Shown here: one piece after another, positions 44,873-55,255 of the stretch
Layout of the letters: the number at the start of each line of letters is the position of its first letter
How positions within the stretch are numbered: the stretch's first letter is position 1
Virus genome (UHGV): UHGV-1364420
Source: a virus
DNA: 59,462 nucleotides
Reading direction: 5' to 3' (one strand)
The notes under the pieces: model-generated
What the model was told of the DNA's origin: nothing
The model's input: the letters and a program-made list of their open reading frames with translations, nothing else
Database searches by the model: none
Translations under genes and position numbers: made by a program

Positions 44873-47122
44873 CTATACTGGAATTATTGGAGTTCTGCCT
44901 TTTTTGTACAAGGCCACCCACGGTATTTCTCTTACGACCCTACCCACTAACTCCATTGCCCCTGAGCCGCTATCAGCTTTTAAAGTCTGGACTGCCAAAG
45001 GTGTGAAGAATGACGCCCCAGACGACCTGTTTTCCCCAACAACACACACCAGTTGGCAAGGCGTATCCCTGTCAGTAGCTGGAACCGTTATCCCGTTGAG
45101 CTGCACCACCGCCGGGGAGTTCTCACCGCCGTTACCTGTGTCGATAGAAGCTACCTGTTGATCCAGTCGTCCTGGCGCTCGCATCAATATTGTGAAGTAT
45201 TGCCTCTGTGACGATGTCAACGTTAAGTACAGGTTAGAGTCCATCGTCCTATCAAATTCTTCACCTGGAATGGACCAGACCACATGTTCCCCCGCGTTCG
45301 ATGCCCACGGGAACCCACTTCCGTATGTATCCGACACATTAACATACGGAATGCTGCCAGACATCTTGTTGTAAACGTCACCGACAATATTGTTCGCGTA
45401 AATAGTCCCTTTAAAATAACCGTTGTTTGCGTAAATGTCACCATAATACTTCGAGTCAATAGCGAGCACGAACTGTAATGTGGCCACATTACTCAGGATT
45501 CCACCCTTAGCAGAGTTACGCAAATACGCCGTATAGGTAACACCTCGATCTAACCCATTGATCTGAATCTTAGTTTCAGTTGATTGTTGGCTAACAATTG
45601 TCTTACCGTTACCCTGAATAATGATCTGAGTAAAATCAACTGTAGTCGGGTTAACCCACGACAACTCACCCTGATAGTTAACCTCAGCATTTGAGGCCAC
45701 AGGAATAAATTGAATGTTCGTTGGTGCCGGTACGTTCGGCCCTGGTAAGTTCGTTAGATCTGGTCTGTCAATAGGTTTACCAACAGCATCACCCCAGACG
45801 TCAGCGTTTTCTTGCCGAACGGTAATTTTAATACCCGTACCGTTAGGATTCAGAGCCCATTTAGTAACCCGGAATTCCTCCATAGCAATGCCTAGCTGCG
45901 GTATATTAATTTTAACATACCTCCCCGGGCGATAAGGGTAGCCCGCAAAGTTTAATGATATATCCATCGTGCGCCCCAGGCGCTTGCGGTTTATCGTTAT
46001 CTGGGCCAGTCGCTGGGCTTGAAACTCTGAAGTAACAAAGCGGTATTTCTGATCTGTTGTGAACTCAGCACCATCTTCAATGATATACGCATCAACTTTT
46101 ACAGCTGGGTAATCAACCTCCGTATAACCTTGCTCGGGATCGATGAAAGTACCTTGCACAATATTAATGCGCTCGCTCCATGAAGTTTCAGGAACGATCT
46201 TTATATCCCCGACAATCTGACTTTCGTCCAACACCATAGTAGCTGGGCCATAATAAGCACCCACCAGAAGACCATGCTTCCCGCCAATGTAAGTCGGTTC
46301 ACCTGCACAGCATAAATGAAGATCATCCAATGTCGACGAAACAGCTTCCGACGCATCGAAAACCCCATTGATTGTATAACGAGGTTCGGAATAATTGTTA
46401 CCGTTGATAGTTTCATCGCAAAGGTTTGCAGCTTCGATGAATTCCTCCATCAGCAATTCTGAATCTGGTACTTTCAGATAATCGCGATAATAATCGAGGA
46501 TACATAAAGCAGCATTATTGGAATATTGGGTTAGACCTGATCGTGGATCATAAACTTTCTTACCCTCAACAAGGAAAGTAATATTCGGCAAACCAGAAGG
46601 GAATTTTTCCTGATTGAACTTGAGAGATAAGCGTACCCAGCAGATGCCTTGACCAATCATGTCAGGCTTCCATGACGGTGCTCGCGAAAGCATATCCGAC
46701 ACATCGGTCGAATTATTATGAACTTGGTATTGTGCGTATTCGCCGTAGGTACTAATATTGTCGTCGCCCAAATAAACAGCTAATATAGCATTTACTTCAT
46801 GGGCACAAACAGCAATGGCAATATGGAGCCATTCTTTATCAGCTTGATCTCCAGCTTGTTCTTCAGCAAAGAACATTACGCCAGACATTTTAGTCTTACC
46901 GTAAATATAGTTCTTTGGCGCCGCCGAGGATCGTAAGACTTGTTTTCGGTCCTGTTGTGAAGTATACGCCCCTAACGAAGGTACAGAAACTTTCGTTAGC
47001 ATAGCGCCCGCAACCGTTGCAGTCATTGAAATAATAAGGGCGGTTGTTATTGTGATATATCCGGCATAGGCAGCCGCTGAGGCTCCGATTGCAATCGCTC
47101 CGGCAATTATTGCTGGTGGCAT
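44873..47122 (-). CDS. Tail tip or host-specificity protein (lambda J-like)
   Basis: 749 aa. Positioned after the minor tail proteins. Confidence 0.5.
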   Translation of the reverse strand: MPPAIIAGAIAIGASAAAYAGYITITTALIISMTATVAGAMLTKVSVPSLGAYTSQQDRKQVLRSSAAPKNYIYGKTKMSGVMFFAEEQAGDQADKEWLHIAIAVCAHEVNAILAVYLGDDNISTYGEYAQYQVHNNSTDVSDMLSRAPSWKPDMIGQGICWVRLSLKFNQEKFPSGLPNITFLVEGKKVYDPRSGLTQYSNNAALCILDYYRDYLKVPDSELLMEEFIEAANLCDETINGNNYSEPRYTINGVFDASEAVSSTLDDLHLCCAGEPTYIGGKHGLLVGAYYGPATMVLDESQIVGDIKIVPETSWSERINIVQGTFIDPEQGYTEVDYPAVKVDAYIIEDGAEFTTDQKYRFVTSEFQAQRLAQITINRKRLGRTMDISLNFAGYPYRPGRYVKINIPQLGIAMEEFRVTKWALNPNGTGIKITVRQENADVWGDAVGKPIDRPDLTNLPGPNVPAPTNIQFIPVASNAEVNYQGELSWVNPTTVDFTQIIIQGNGKTIVSQQSTETKIQINGLDRGVTYTAYLRNSAKGGILSNVATLQFVLAIDSKYYGDIYANNGYFKGTIYANNIVGDVYNKMSGSIPYVNVSDTYGSGFPWASNAGEHVVWSIPGEEFDRTMDSNLYLTLTSSQRQYFTILMRAPGRLDQQVASIDTGNGGENSPAVVQLNGITVPATDRDTPCQLVCVVGENRSSGASFFTPLAVQTLKADSGSGAMELVGRVVREIPWVALYKKGRTPIIPV

Positions 47123-47125
47123 CTG

Positions 47126-47533
47126 TTATACTCCCCACGCTTTTGTGATCTTGTTCTTCATTCTTGGGAACAATTTAACACCTTCAGGAGCATGTAACCA
47201 TACCTGGCCCATACTCCAAAAAATACCGAGAGTATCACCAAGATCTGTGGTTACCAGGACAACATCGCCGCGCTGTGCAAAGTTAACATCTTTACGGGGA
47301 AGAACTGAATCAATATATTCTACCAATCCACCTTTTTCTTCTAAAAGAGCCTTAGCACCTTCTTCCGTTATGTACTTGCCACGGAAAGGTTCAGCATAGT
47401 CTTCACCAGTCATTTCCCTTACGACATCAGCAGCGAATAGGCAGCAATCGTATTTACCCCACTCAAACGGAACTTCTTCACGAGATTCTGTAAGAGCCAA
47501 TAAACGCACTTGCCAATCAATATATCTTTTCAT
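47126..47533 (-). CDS. Minor tail protein (lambda K-like, with an NlpC/P60-like Cys block)
   Basis: 135 aa. YDCCLFAADVV. Confidence 0.35.
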   Translation of the reverse strand: MKRYIDWQVRLLALTESREEVPFEWGKYDCCLFAADVVREMTGEDYAEPFRGKYITEEGAKALLEEKGGLVEYIDSVLPRKDVNFAQRGDVVLVTTDLGDTLGIFWSMGQVWLHAPEGVKLFPRMKNKITKAWGV

Positions 47534-48114
47534 GAGTATGTGAACCCCGGAGCGTCTTTTTTGCTACCCCAATAAATAGAACGTTCAGACATTTGGCCAA
47601 CATATCTGAAAATCCTGTCGCCTGGATGATCTTTAACATGTGACTCGTCAGTGAAGCGGTATGGCTTACTTTTTGACCATTCCTGAAAGATGTTACCCAC
47701 ATTATAAGAAATCGCACAAGTACCGCCCGCGCTTAAAGCAGGTTGAGCGATCTTTCCTACGTAGATAATGTTATACGCCATTGCTGTATAATCATCGTCA
47801 AAAACGACAATGTAGCAAGTCACCCGACGACCGACGACTTTTTCATTTAAAGCTATTGCTACGAGCTCGTTATTTAAGCCGTTAAGCGTCAAGTTAATTT
47901 GTTGGTCAGAGGTATTGTTCTCTTCATTAATTACAGAGCAGTCGCCTAGCTGACCTGTTCCATAAAAGATCTCACCACCAATTTCTATTTGACCTGTGGC
48001 AGAGTGATAGCGCGATATACCGGAGTTAAATTCAATCTCCGTTGCAAGCGCAAGGTTTACGTTTCCTTGCGCCAAGTAATATGCAACCTCTTCAGATAAA
48101 TCTGCGGTAATCAT
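47530..48114 (-). CDS. Minor tail protein (lambda L-like)
   Basis: 194 aa. Assigned by position. Confidence 0.4.
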   Translation of the reverse strand: MITADLSEEVAYYLAQGNVNLALATEIEFNSGISRYHSATGQIEIGGEIFYGTGQLGDCSVINEENNTSDQQINLTLNGLNNELVAIALNEKVVGRRVTCYIVVFDDDYTAMAYNIIYVGKIAQPALSAGGTCAISYNVGNIFQEWSKSKPYRFTDESHVKDHPGDRIFRYVGQMSERSIYWGSKKDAPGFTYS

Positions 48115-48704
48115 TCTATGTACTCCATGAAGGATAAGTTGAAATCATTGGAGAACGCAGGTTTACGATCAACACCGTTCTCGTTTTCCGTTAGCATGAA
48201 AATACCGCGAGGACTTTGGACCTCAATAGGTGCGCCGGCAGCAGGGGAAACGCGAAGCATAGGGCCTATGCGGATAGTTGCAAAACCCTGCTCATCAGAC
48301 CACGCATCGTTAAGCACCATCTTCATTTCATCGCCAATTGTTAAATATTGCCCGCGAGCAAGGATCATACGATCTGGCAGCCATCCAGCTGTATTGATGC
48401 TTTTCCCTGTTTGGTTAGCTCCGCTGATTATAGGAGCACCTTGAGCAGGTACACCATAACGACCGAAGTCGCCCATGCGAATACGCCCGCCCATGCCATC
48501 GAGATCTACAATAATAGATTCAAGAAGGCGAGAGTCGAAATCGTCTAAATCTTGGAAGTTCATCGATACCTTCCATTTGGAGCCAGGAAAGGTAACAGTT
48601 TGTGTCGCCTTATTGAAGACGCTTTCAAACATTGACCCGCTAGATAAAAGCGTCCAACTCATTGAAGAAGGCCGGAGATGTTCCGGCCAGTCTAATATTG
48701 CCAT
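48111..48704 (-). CDS. Minor tail protein (lambda M-like)
   Basis: 197 aa. Immediately after the tape measure gene. Confidence 0.4.
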   Translation of the reverse strand: MAILDWPEHLRPSSMSWTLLSSGSMFESVFNKATQTVTFPGSKWKVSMNFQDLDDFDSRLLESIIVDLDGMGGRIRMGDFGRYGVPAQGAPIISGANQTGKSINTAGWLPDRMILARGQYLTIGDEMKMVLNDAWSDEQGFATIRIGPMLRVSPAAGAPIEVQSPRGIFMLTENENGVDRKPAFSNDFNLSFMEYIE

Positions 48705-48730
48705 GTTATCGTCCTGTTATAGTGACCACA

Positions 48731-51700
48731 TTAACGACCAATCGAACGGCTAATATTACCGCGCGAGCTGGTATCCCGCAAGACCATATCATAACCTTGT
48801 TTAGCACCATCTTTCGCGGCCTGCTGCATAGCCTCTTTGAGTGTTTTATCACCATTGCCGGTAACAGTAATATGTTGAACGATTGTAACGCCACCCTGTG
48901 AACCAGCAGAACCGCTATTACCCTTACTCATAAAGTTAGTAAAGTCGGCGTTCTGCTGGGCTGAAAGTACACGTTCACCTTTCTGAAGTAACCATGTACC
49001 TTCTTTTGGGATCTCCGTAATACCATCGTGCGCCATACCTGTCATACTTGCACCGACAATTTGGTTTATCAAATTAGCACCTGCTGCTGCAACCATGGCG
49101 TAGTTTGCGAACTTCTGCATTGGTGTAAGCGCTGTTGGGTCCGCCATAGCTTGAACCATTGCAGTAGTCAGCTTTATTGATGCTTCGGCAATTGCAAAAG
49201 ACTTTGACAAAGCAAACATGGCTTTATAAGCACCAGAGTTCTTGGCCCCCATGTTCTCCAAGACGCTTGACATACTGTTCGCCATGCTCGAAGTAGCGTC
49301 TAAGAAACCTAGAACTTCCTGGTTCTGAGCTACTGCTTGTTTCTGCAAGTAGTCGGTATAATACTGGTGACGCAGATCGTAAAAACGCTGGTCTTCAACT
49401 AAGCCAAGGTTATGCGCTTCAGTCAGCGAGGCTAATTGTTGGTCGTATTCGTTCTGGGCAGCTTGTACCGGATCGTATTCGCCTTTCAACTGATCACGTT
49501 CGCTTACCGCGTACTGTTGCGCCAGTTGCATCTTAGCTTGAAGGTATGTCGCTTCTGCCGTGAGCTTGGCGTTGTTAACCTGCTCCTGATCAAGTAAGCC
49601 CGCTCGCTGTAACTGACCAATGGTTTTAAGAGCCTCTTCGTACTCAGTTTTTGCTTTACCCGCAGGGTTAAACTGGTCAGCAATTTTCTGACGTTCTCTC
49701 GCATACTTCGCGTCAATAGCAGTTAAAGCATTACCAAGCTGCTCCTGCGTAGCATTCGCGCGGGTAGCCTTATCAGTTATTACACGGACCTCTGCTTCCT
49801 GCTGTATCTTCAAACGGTCTAAGGCGGTAGCGCCCCAGGCTTCAGTTCGTTCGTAGGCTTTATCCCACTGCTCTTCATAACGAGCGGCGGCAGCTTCATC
49901 ACGCTTGCCTTGCGCTTCATCTTTCTTCATCTGACGAAGCTTCTCTTGGGCATCGAAAGCTTTACCGGACTGATCGATAAATTCTTTGATACCAAGCTGC
50001 TCGTTAGTCATAACTGTGGTCAAACCAGCATGACCTGCAATCAAATCGTCAATGAATGCTTTGTTCGCTGCGTAAACTTTAGGCATACGCGATTGAACAT
50101 CAGCAAGCTGAGCAGCGGCGCGGGCATTACCAGCCAGTTTAAGCTGCGCAACGTCATTTTCTGCGTTCTGCGCTTGCAGGGCCCGAGTAAGGTCGTCAGA
50201 GCGCTGCGTGGCTGCTTTAGTTGCCAGGTTCATGGCAGTGTTAGTATCATCTACAGCAGCCCGGAGACCGCGTTCACCTGCCGCCAGGTTCTCGGTCACA
50301 ACGCGCAAGTTATCGCGAGTTTGATTCAGTTCTTTCTGAGTTGTTGATAGCTCACCGTTTTTGATTTTAGCGTCACCAGCTAAGCGGTTAGCAGTTTCAA
50401 CAGCACTGTTACGAATGATCATCGATTGGCTTTCATCACGCGAAAGCGCGATCTGGTTTTTAACGCCAATCTGAAGAGACTCATAGGCTGCCTTTTCTTT
50501 CGCTAGCTGTTCTTCTAACTTAACGGCAGCGCGTTTTAATTCGACCTGTAGCGCTTCCTGTTGCGCCGTAGTCATATTTTTTAGCTTATCAGTGAGAGTT
50601 TCAGTATCTGTCGCCAGCTTACGAGCGTTTTCAATAGCCCTCTCTTGATGCTGGTTCCACATAATGATTGCACCAACCGCCAACATAATAGCGCCGACAG
50701 GTCCGCCCACTAAAGCAAGGGCGGTTCTCAGACCTGTCATAGCAGTCGCCATAACAGTAGCCCGGGTTGTAGCTGTAGCCACAACATCATTCATCGTCGT
50801 AGTAGCGGCAGTCAAAGCTGTTGTAGCAGTCTTGACTTGGTTCTTCGCCTGATAATATGCGTTGAGTGTTGGTATACCTTTATAATAAGCCTGATTTGAT
50901 TGTAAAGCAGCAAGCGCCGCCGCTTTATCCGCTTCGGCTACTGCCAGAGTCGCTCTTGCTTGCTGTACTGCTGCCGCGGCATCCTGTACGCGCGTACTAG
51001 TCAGAGCTTTTGCGGTTGCCATCTCTATAGCTTGAGCCGCCGCCACGCGCATAGAGGCAGCCTGGCTAGCAATAAGGGCCGTGACCAATTTACCAGTAAA
51101 GGCAGTAGCTACCACGCCCACAATCGTTGCGACAGTATCGAGGTTCTGTGACAGTAAGAGAATACCATCGCCCAGCACAGACGTAGCACCACCTACAGAC
51201 TCATTAGTTCCTGCGAACTTCAAGAGGTTGTTATTGGCAACGGTCAGTTTCTGGCTGAAAGTGGCAGTGGTATTATTGAACTCTTTGTCGATTGCAGCAG
51301 AAGCGTCATAGATGGCTCTTGCTACAACGTCGGCGGTGAGTTTCCCTTGTGCTGCTAGAGCCCTGAGCTCACCTGTGGTTACACCAAGGCTATCTGCCAT
51401 AGCTTTAAGCAGACGCGGAGCCTGTTCAGCAACAGAGCGGAATTCATCCCCTCGGAGGACACCAGACTGGAGGCCCTGGGAAAGCTGAATGATAGCGGCG
51501 TTGGCTTCCTGCGCGGTCGCACCGGAAACAATCATTGCCTTGCTTACCGTTTCCGTTACACGAGCAATCTGCGCGGAGGTTGCGCCGTACTGTGCAAGCG
51601 AACGCTCCAAACGCGCGTATAGCGTAGCAGTCTCCTCCAAACCTGTACGCGACCTTTGCGCGATATCAAAGACTCGTTGCTGTACCACTACAAGATCTTC

Positions 51701-51991
51701 ATGTGCGCTATTTGCGTTGACAAGTTTGTTAGTCAGGCTAGTATAAGTATCATTGAGTTTAGCAACACCGCCAACAAGACTCGCAAGAAAGGTAACAATA
51801 CCGAGAGAGTGCATTGCTTGCATTGCAACAATATTAGCCTGAATTGCCCTGTTGTTATGTTCAAAAGCACGGGCCATAGAGTCAGTGACAACTTCAGTAC
51901 GCACGCCGACATCGCCGAGGCGCTTGAGCGCGGTCTCAGCAGCGGCGGTACCGTCTGTTCTGACTCGGATAATGATATCTGAATCGGCCAT
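48731..51991 (-). CDS. Tail tape measure protein
   Basis: 1086 aa. Ala/Gln-rich and alpha-helical. Lies after the G/GT chaperone pair. Confidence 0.8.
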   Translation of the reverse strand: MADSDIIIRVRTDGTAAAETALKRLGDVGVRTEVVTDSMARAFEHNNRAIQANIVAMQAMHSLGIVTFLASLVGGVAKLNDTYTSLTNKLVNANSAHEDLVVVQQRVFDIAQRSRTGLEETATLYARLERSLAQYGATSAQIARVTETVSKAMIVSGATAQEANAAIIQLSQGLQSGVLRGDEFRSVAEQAPRLLKAMADSLGVTTGELRALAAQGKLTADVVARAIYDASAAIDKEFNNTTATFSQKLTVANNNLLKFAGTNESVGGATSVLGDGILLLSQNLDTVATIVGVVATAFTGKLVTALIASQAASMRVAAAQAIEMATAKALTSTRVQDAAAAVQQARATLAVAEADKAAALAALQSNQAYYKGIPTLNAYYQAKNQVKTATTALTAATTTMNDVVATATTRATVMATAMTGLRTALALVGGPVGAIMLAVGAIIMWNQHQERAIENARKLATDTETLTDKLKNMTTAQQEALQVELKRAAVKLEEQLAKEKAAYESLQIGVKNQIALSRDESQSMIIRNSAVETANRLAGDAKIKNGELSTTQKELNQTRDNLRVVTENLAAGERGLRAAVDDTNTAMNLATKAATQRSDDLTRALQAQNAENDVAQLKLAGNARAAAQLADVQSRMPKVYAANKAFIDDLIAGHAGLTTVMTNEQLGIKEFIDQSGKAFDAQEKLRQMKKDEAQGKRDEAAAARYEEQWDKAYERTEAWGATALDRLKIQQEAEVRVITDKATRANATQEQLGNALTAIDAKYARERQKIADQFNPAGKAKTEYEEALKTIGQLQRAGLLDQEQVNNAKLTAEATYLQAKMQLAQQYAVSERDQLKGEYDPVQAAQNEYDQQLASLTEAHNLGLVEDQRFYDLRHQYYTDYLQKQAVAQNQEVLGFLDATSSMANSMSSVLENMGAKNSGAYKAMFALSKSFAIAEASIKLTTAMVQAMADPTALTPMQKFANYAMVAAAGANLINQIVGASMTGMAHDGITEIPKEGTWLLQKGERVLSAQQNADFTNFMSKGNSGSAGSQGGVTIVQHITVTGNGDKTLKEAMQQAAKDGAKQGYDMVLRDTSSRGNISRSIGR

Positions 51992-52733
51992 TATTTTTTA
52001 CCTTTTTGCGACTTGATAAAGTCTTGCTGACGTTTAAAGTCGAAGGCTAAACGCTCAAGACATAGTTGGCGTATCAGCTCGGCTTCCCAGTATGCAAGAT
52101 CAAAGCCAATAAACTTCTGCCATGATTGAAGCTCAGTATAACTAAACTGATCTCCGTTGTAAAAGTCTTGAAAGTAAAGATAAATATAGGCCAGTTCTTT
52201 AGGCAACTCTTTGCTCTCGTATTCTTCGAGCTGTGAAGGGGTTTTCCCAGTTGCCTTGCGAACATGTTCGAGTTGGGAGAGGAGGGAGGAAGTCGCCCCA
52301 ATGGGTGGCAATGCCATCTTCCAATGGAGCAACGCATATTCGATTACTTTTTCTCGACTTTCTTTAAAAAAAGGGTGTCCTGAGCGGCGGTAGTATTGAT
52401 CAGATCGTATACCTGCGGGTTTGCATCGAGGAATTCAATGATGTTTTCCACGGTGCATTCTTCTTCAAAGGACCAGTCAGCGATCAGCGCGGCGAACTGA
52501 GTATCTTCGATTAATTTGATTTCGTCTTCGTCCAGATCCTTGCCTTTGCGGGAAATAGTCAAAGTGGAAATCTGACGTGTAGCTTTTGCTTTGGCTTCAC
52601 GAAACTCTTTGCTGTACTGGCTGCGAATAGTCAGAGTTTCACCTGTATCACCGATTCCTGGGTATACAAGTTTAAGGACGTAGGTGGAGTCCTGGAAATC
52701 ACGAACTGTATTATATTTCTTGAAGCTGCCCAT
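51991..52733 (-). CDS. Tail assembly chaperone G (52733..52344) and its G-T fusion product made by a -1 frameshift at T_TTT_TTA (52371..52365) reading on to 51991
   Basis: The zero-frame reads …DTLFLKKVEKK*. The -1 frame from the heptamer is open (FFKESREKVIEYALLHWKMALPP…) and is identical to the track ORF 52332..51991. That track ORF's start was called from a TTG codon, since the track accepts non-ATG starts (the first codon is TTG here), and it ends in a TAATG overlap with the tape measure start. Confidence 0.6.
52365..52371 (-). other. Programmed -1 ribosomal frameshift slippery heptamer T_TTT_TTA
   Basis: Minus-strand CTT TTT TTA codons. The G and GT frames are contiguous. Confidence 0.55.
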
Positions 52734-52786
52734 TATTATTCTCCGGGAGGATTAGGTCAAAACTGAATATAGCAAGAAAGCGCCCA

Positions 52787-52810
52787 AAAGAAAAGGCCCC
52801 CGGAGGAGCC
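52787..52810 (-). terminator. Intrinsic terminator after the major tail protein gene
   Basis: Minus-strand GGCTCC-TCCG-GGGGCC, then TTTTCTT. Confidence 0.45.
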
Positions 52811-52828
52811 TTTTTGAAGTCTACACTA

Positions 52829-54004
52829 TTAAGAAATAGAGCCGATTCGAGCGGTACCAGAAACAGTGTTTGTTTTCGTTGACGTTGCGACAATAGTAGT
52901 TTGACCAGTTGCAGCTTCGTCAGCAGTAAACAAACCAGACGGGGTAATAGTACCGTTACCTGTTGGTTCAACAGACCAGGCGACTCCCTGTGCTGTGGTG
53001 CCCAGAACAGTTGCATTGAACTGCTGAGTAGCCCCACCCTCTACAGTGTCCACATAGCCAGGGCTAACAATCACGCCTTCGGCATCCGGCACCACAACTT
53101 TACGCACAATCTTAATTGAAGTCGCCTCAGTTGGGTCTAACAGGCCGCGGTAGGAGATGTTCTGCATGATATCGCCTTCGCCGTCGATCGGGCGCGGTGC
53201 TTCAGTCAGTTTGACTTTCGGCATAGTGATCTCATACGTGTTACCAGACACACCGTCCGACAGCGTCATTACAATTACTTGCGGCAGCTCGTTCAGGTAA
53301 GCCAGACGTAAGCTGTTATCTTCAAAGTAAGCGGTGAGTGAACCAGTCACGTTACGGCTCTTCGCACCAGGGCGGATCGAGTATTTGGAACCAACGACAA
53401 AGCGCGGCTCAATACCGTTGGCAATGTCAATAGAGAGCTCTGTAATAACGTTGTTTTTCACACCGTTGGCAGTCAGGCCGCCAGAGAAGGCGTCCATCGG
53501 GCTGGTAGTTGATCGAGAACCCACAGTCCAGCCTGCTGGTAAATCTGCACGCTGTTCCATGGTCCGGCCGACAATACCAAACTCAACGGTCACCATCGCA
53601 GATGCAGAGATTTTGATGTTCAACGAGTTCACTTCACAACCACGATAGATGGTGTAAGGCAAATCGTTGATGTCGGCGTTGTAGTCGACGAATGTGAAGC
53701 TCGGGCGCAGAATGCCCGCAACCAGGGTGTCAGATGCCCAGGCGCCGCGGAGAGCTGCCGCCAGCAAATCGTCGAACGTCCCGTAGGATAGTTCCGCTGA
53801 TGCAGTGCCTTCAACGTGACGAGCGCCTAAACGAAAATCAGCAATTTCAGCGTCATTACGAATCTCTTCAGACTGTAACGGCGCGATACTGATATCTAAA
53901 CCAGACTTAGTCGGACGAAAAACTTTCAGGGCGGCATTCGCAGGAGTAACGCCGCTCGATAGTTCTTGTACGAAGTAGCTGGCATAACGTGAACCTTCTG
54001 CCAT
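52829..54004 (-). CDS. Major tail protein with a C-terminal Ig-like (Big_2) domain
   Basis: 391 aa. The C-terminal part, …GYVDTVEGGATQQFNATVLGTTAQGVAWSVEPTGNGTITPSGLFTA, is Big_2-like. Confidence 0.65.
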   Translation of the reverse strand: MAEGSRYASYFVQELSSGVTPANAALKVFRPTKSGLDISIAPLQSEEIRNDAEIADFRLGARHVEGTASAELSYGTFDDLLAAALRGAWASDTLVAGILRPSFTFVDYNADINDLPYTIYRGCEVNSLNIKISASAMVTVEFGIVGRTMEQRADLPAGWTVGSRSTTSPMDAFSGGLTANGVKNNVITELSIDIANGIEPRFVVGSKYSIRPGAKSRNVTGSLTAYFEDNSLRLAYLNELPQVIVMTLSDGVSGNTYEITMPKVKLTEAPRPIDGEGDIMQNISYRGLLDPTEATSIKIVRKVVVPDAEGVIVSPGYVDTVEGGATQQFNATVLGTTAQGVAWSVEPTGNGTITPSGLFTADEAATGQTTIVATSTKTNTVSGTARIGSIS

Positions 54005-54016
54005 TTTATTGCCCTC

Positions 54017-54466
54017 TTATCTAGGCTCACGTGCGAGCCAATAAACAGTGATATAATTCGCGTCCCATAAGCCTTCAGTACCACCAGCCGTAGAGTCTGC
54101 TAGTGAAGTCTGGCCACCTTGCCCACTAGACTTCGAAGTTAATCGAAGAATACAACCTTCAGGAGCTGATAAATGCGTAGGAATTTTCATCAGCTCGTTG
54201 ATACGGTTCAGAGCGGTATCCGCTTCTTTGGTTCCTGTACCAGCTTTCTGGTAAACACCGATTTGAATGAAACCTTTGAGCTCGTTATCGCCATGTATTC
54301 CAAGCGTAATGGCATCTTCAGTGATAGGAACGTAAATTACTTTTAACCACAATATACGATTAGCCGGGTCGAATTTCAAATTCTTCCAGGCTATGTCTTT
54401 TACATATTCAGGCAGACCGTTTGCAACATACCCCTGAACTATATCTTTCACCCATTCAAAGGCCAT
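54017..54466 (-). CDS. Tail terminator or tail completion protein
   Basis: 149 aa. Assigned by position. Confidence 0.35.
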   Translation of the reverse strand: MAFEWVKDIVQGYVANGLPEYVKDIAWKNLKFDPANRILWLKVIYVPITEDAITLGIHGDNELKGFIQIGVYQKAGTGTKEADTALNRINELMKIPTHLSAPEGCILRLTSKSSGQGGQTSLADSTAGGTEGLWDANYITVYWLAREPR

Positions 54467-54879
54467 TAGAATTCTCCTATATAGATACCTTTGAAGCGCT
54501 CACCGCCCAGAATAATATTTTTGCGCACCATACCCGAAGGAGCTTGTTTTGACCAGCCTTCGTATTCAATCTTATGAGCATAAGGTACTGGAGTACCAAA
54601 GAGAATTTGCCAATCCATATGAATGGGAAGGTAACGAATCTTCTGTAGAAGGCGTTGCTTAGTTGCTATACCGCTAGGATCGGGTGGTAGGTCTTCGAGG
54701 AATTCCGCACCTGTTTTAACAATCTGCCAAGAACCTTTTAGCTTACCGCTAAGAACAGGAGTGTCGTCAACTACGGCACTGACAAAACCCATAAGGCGGG
54801 CCTTCGCTTCTTTTGAAACGGCTTGCATAGCTTTTAAAGTTGCTTTATCAAACTGATCACGAAACGAAGGCCTGGCCAT
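54466..54879 (-). CDS. Head-tail joining protein
   Basis: 137 aa. Assigned by position. Confidence 0.35.
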   Translation of the reverse strand: MARPSFRDQFDKATLKAMQAVSKEAKARLMGFVSAVVDDTPVLSGKLKGSWQIVKTGAEFLEDLPPDPSGIATKQRLLQKIRYLPIHMDWQILFGTPVPYAHKIEYEGWSKQAPSGMVRKNIILGGERFKGIYIGEF

Positions 54880-54880
54880 A

Positions 54881-55255
54881 TTAGGTACCTATAAGGAGTT
54901 TAAACATAATGGGATTATCGTTGAGCTCTGTTTTCTCAAACGTTTTAATTTGCCACTTATTTGAGTCGGCGTCTACCCATGTGGCTAATAATAAGGAAGC
55001 CTCAGGAACATCGGTCTGAACTAAGACAGCCTTTTGACCAGTAGCTATCACCGTGCCGTTAACCATGTTGTTTTTTGGCTTATAGTAAAAGCACGTAACA
55101 TCATGGACTTCAGGTTCAGAAACTGGTAGTTCCCAAGGCTTTGATGGATCGGGCGGTGGTGCGTCAACGGGAACAAGTATCTGAGCATTAGAACAGATAT
55201 CTGGGTCGCTGAGCATTTCCTTAGCCATTTCATAGAAATCGTCGAAGGTACTCAT
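54881..55255 (-). CDS. Head-tail joining or head closure protein
   Basis: 124 aa. Assigned by position. Confidence 0.35.
   Translation of the reverse strand: MSTFDDFYEMAKEMLSDPDICSNAQILVPVDAPPPDPSKPWELPVSEPEVHDVTCFYYKPKNNMVNGTVIATGQKAVLVQTDVPEASLLLATWVDADSNKWQIKTFEKTELNDNPIMFKLLIGT

Noticed and set aside
49504-51982. Multiple 60-145-aa ORFs on both strands within the tape measure gene
   Set aside because: The tape measure ORF is a single uninterrupted 1086-aa frame. The others are compositional shadows.
52074-52337. Treating the 113-aa ORF 52332..51991 as an independent gene, plus an overlapping 87-aa ORF
   Set aside because: Its apparent start is a TTG produced by the ORF caller. The frame is continuous with the upstream slippery heptamer, so it is the T part of a G-T frameshift product. 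The 87-aa ORF is a third-frame shadow.
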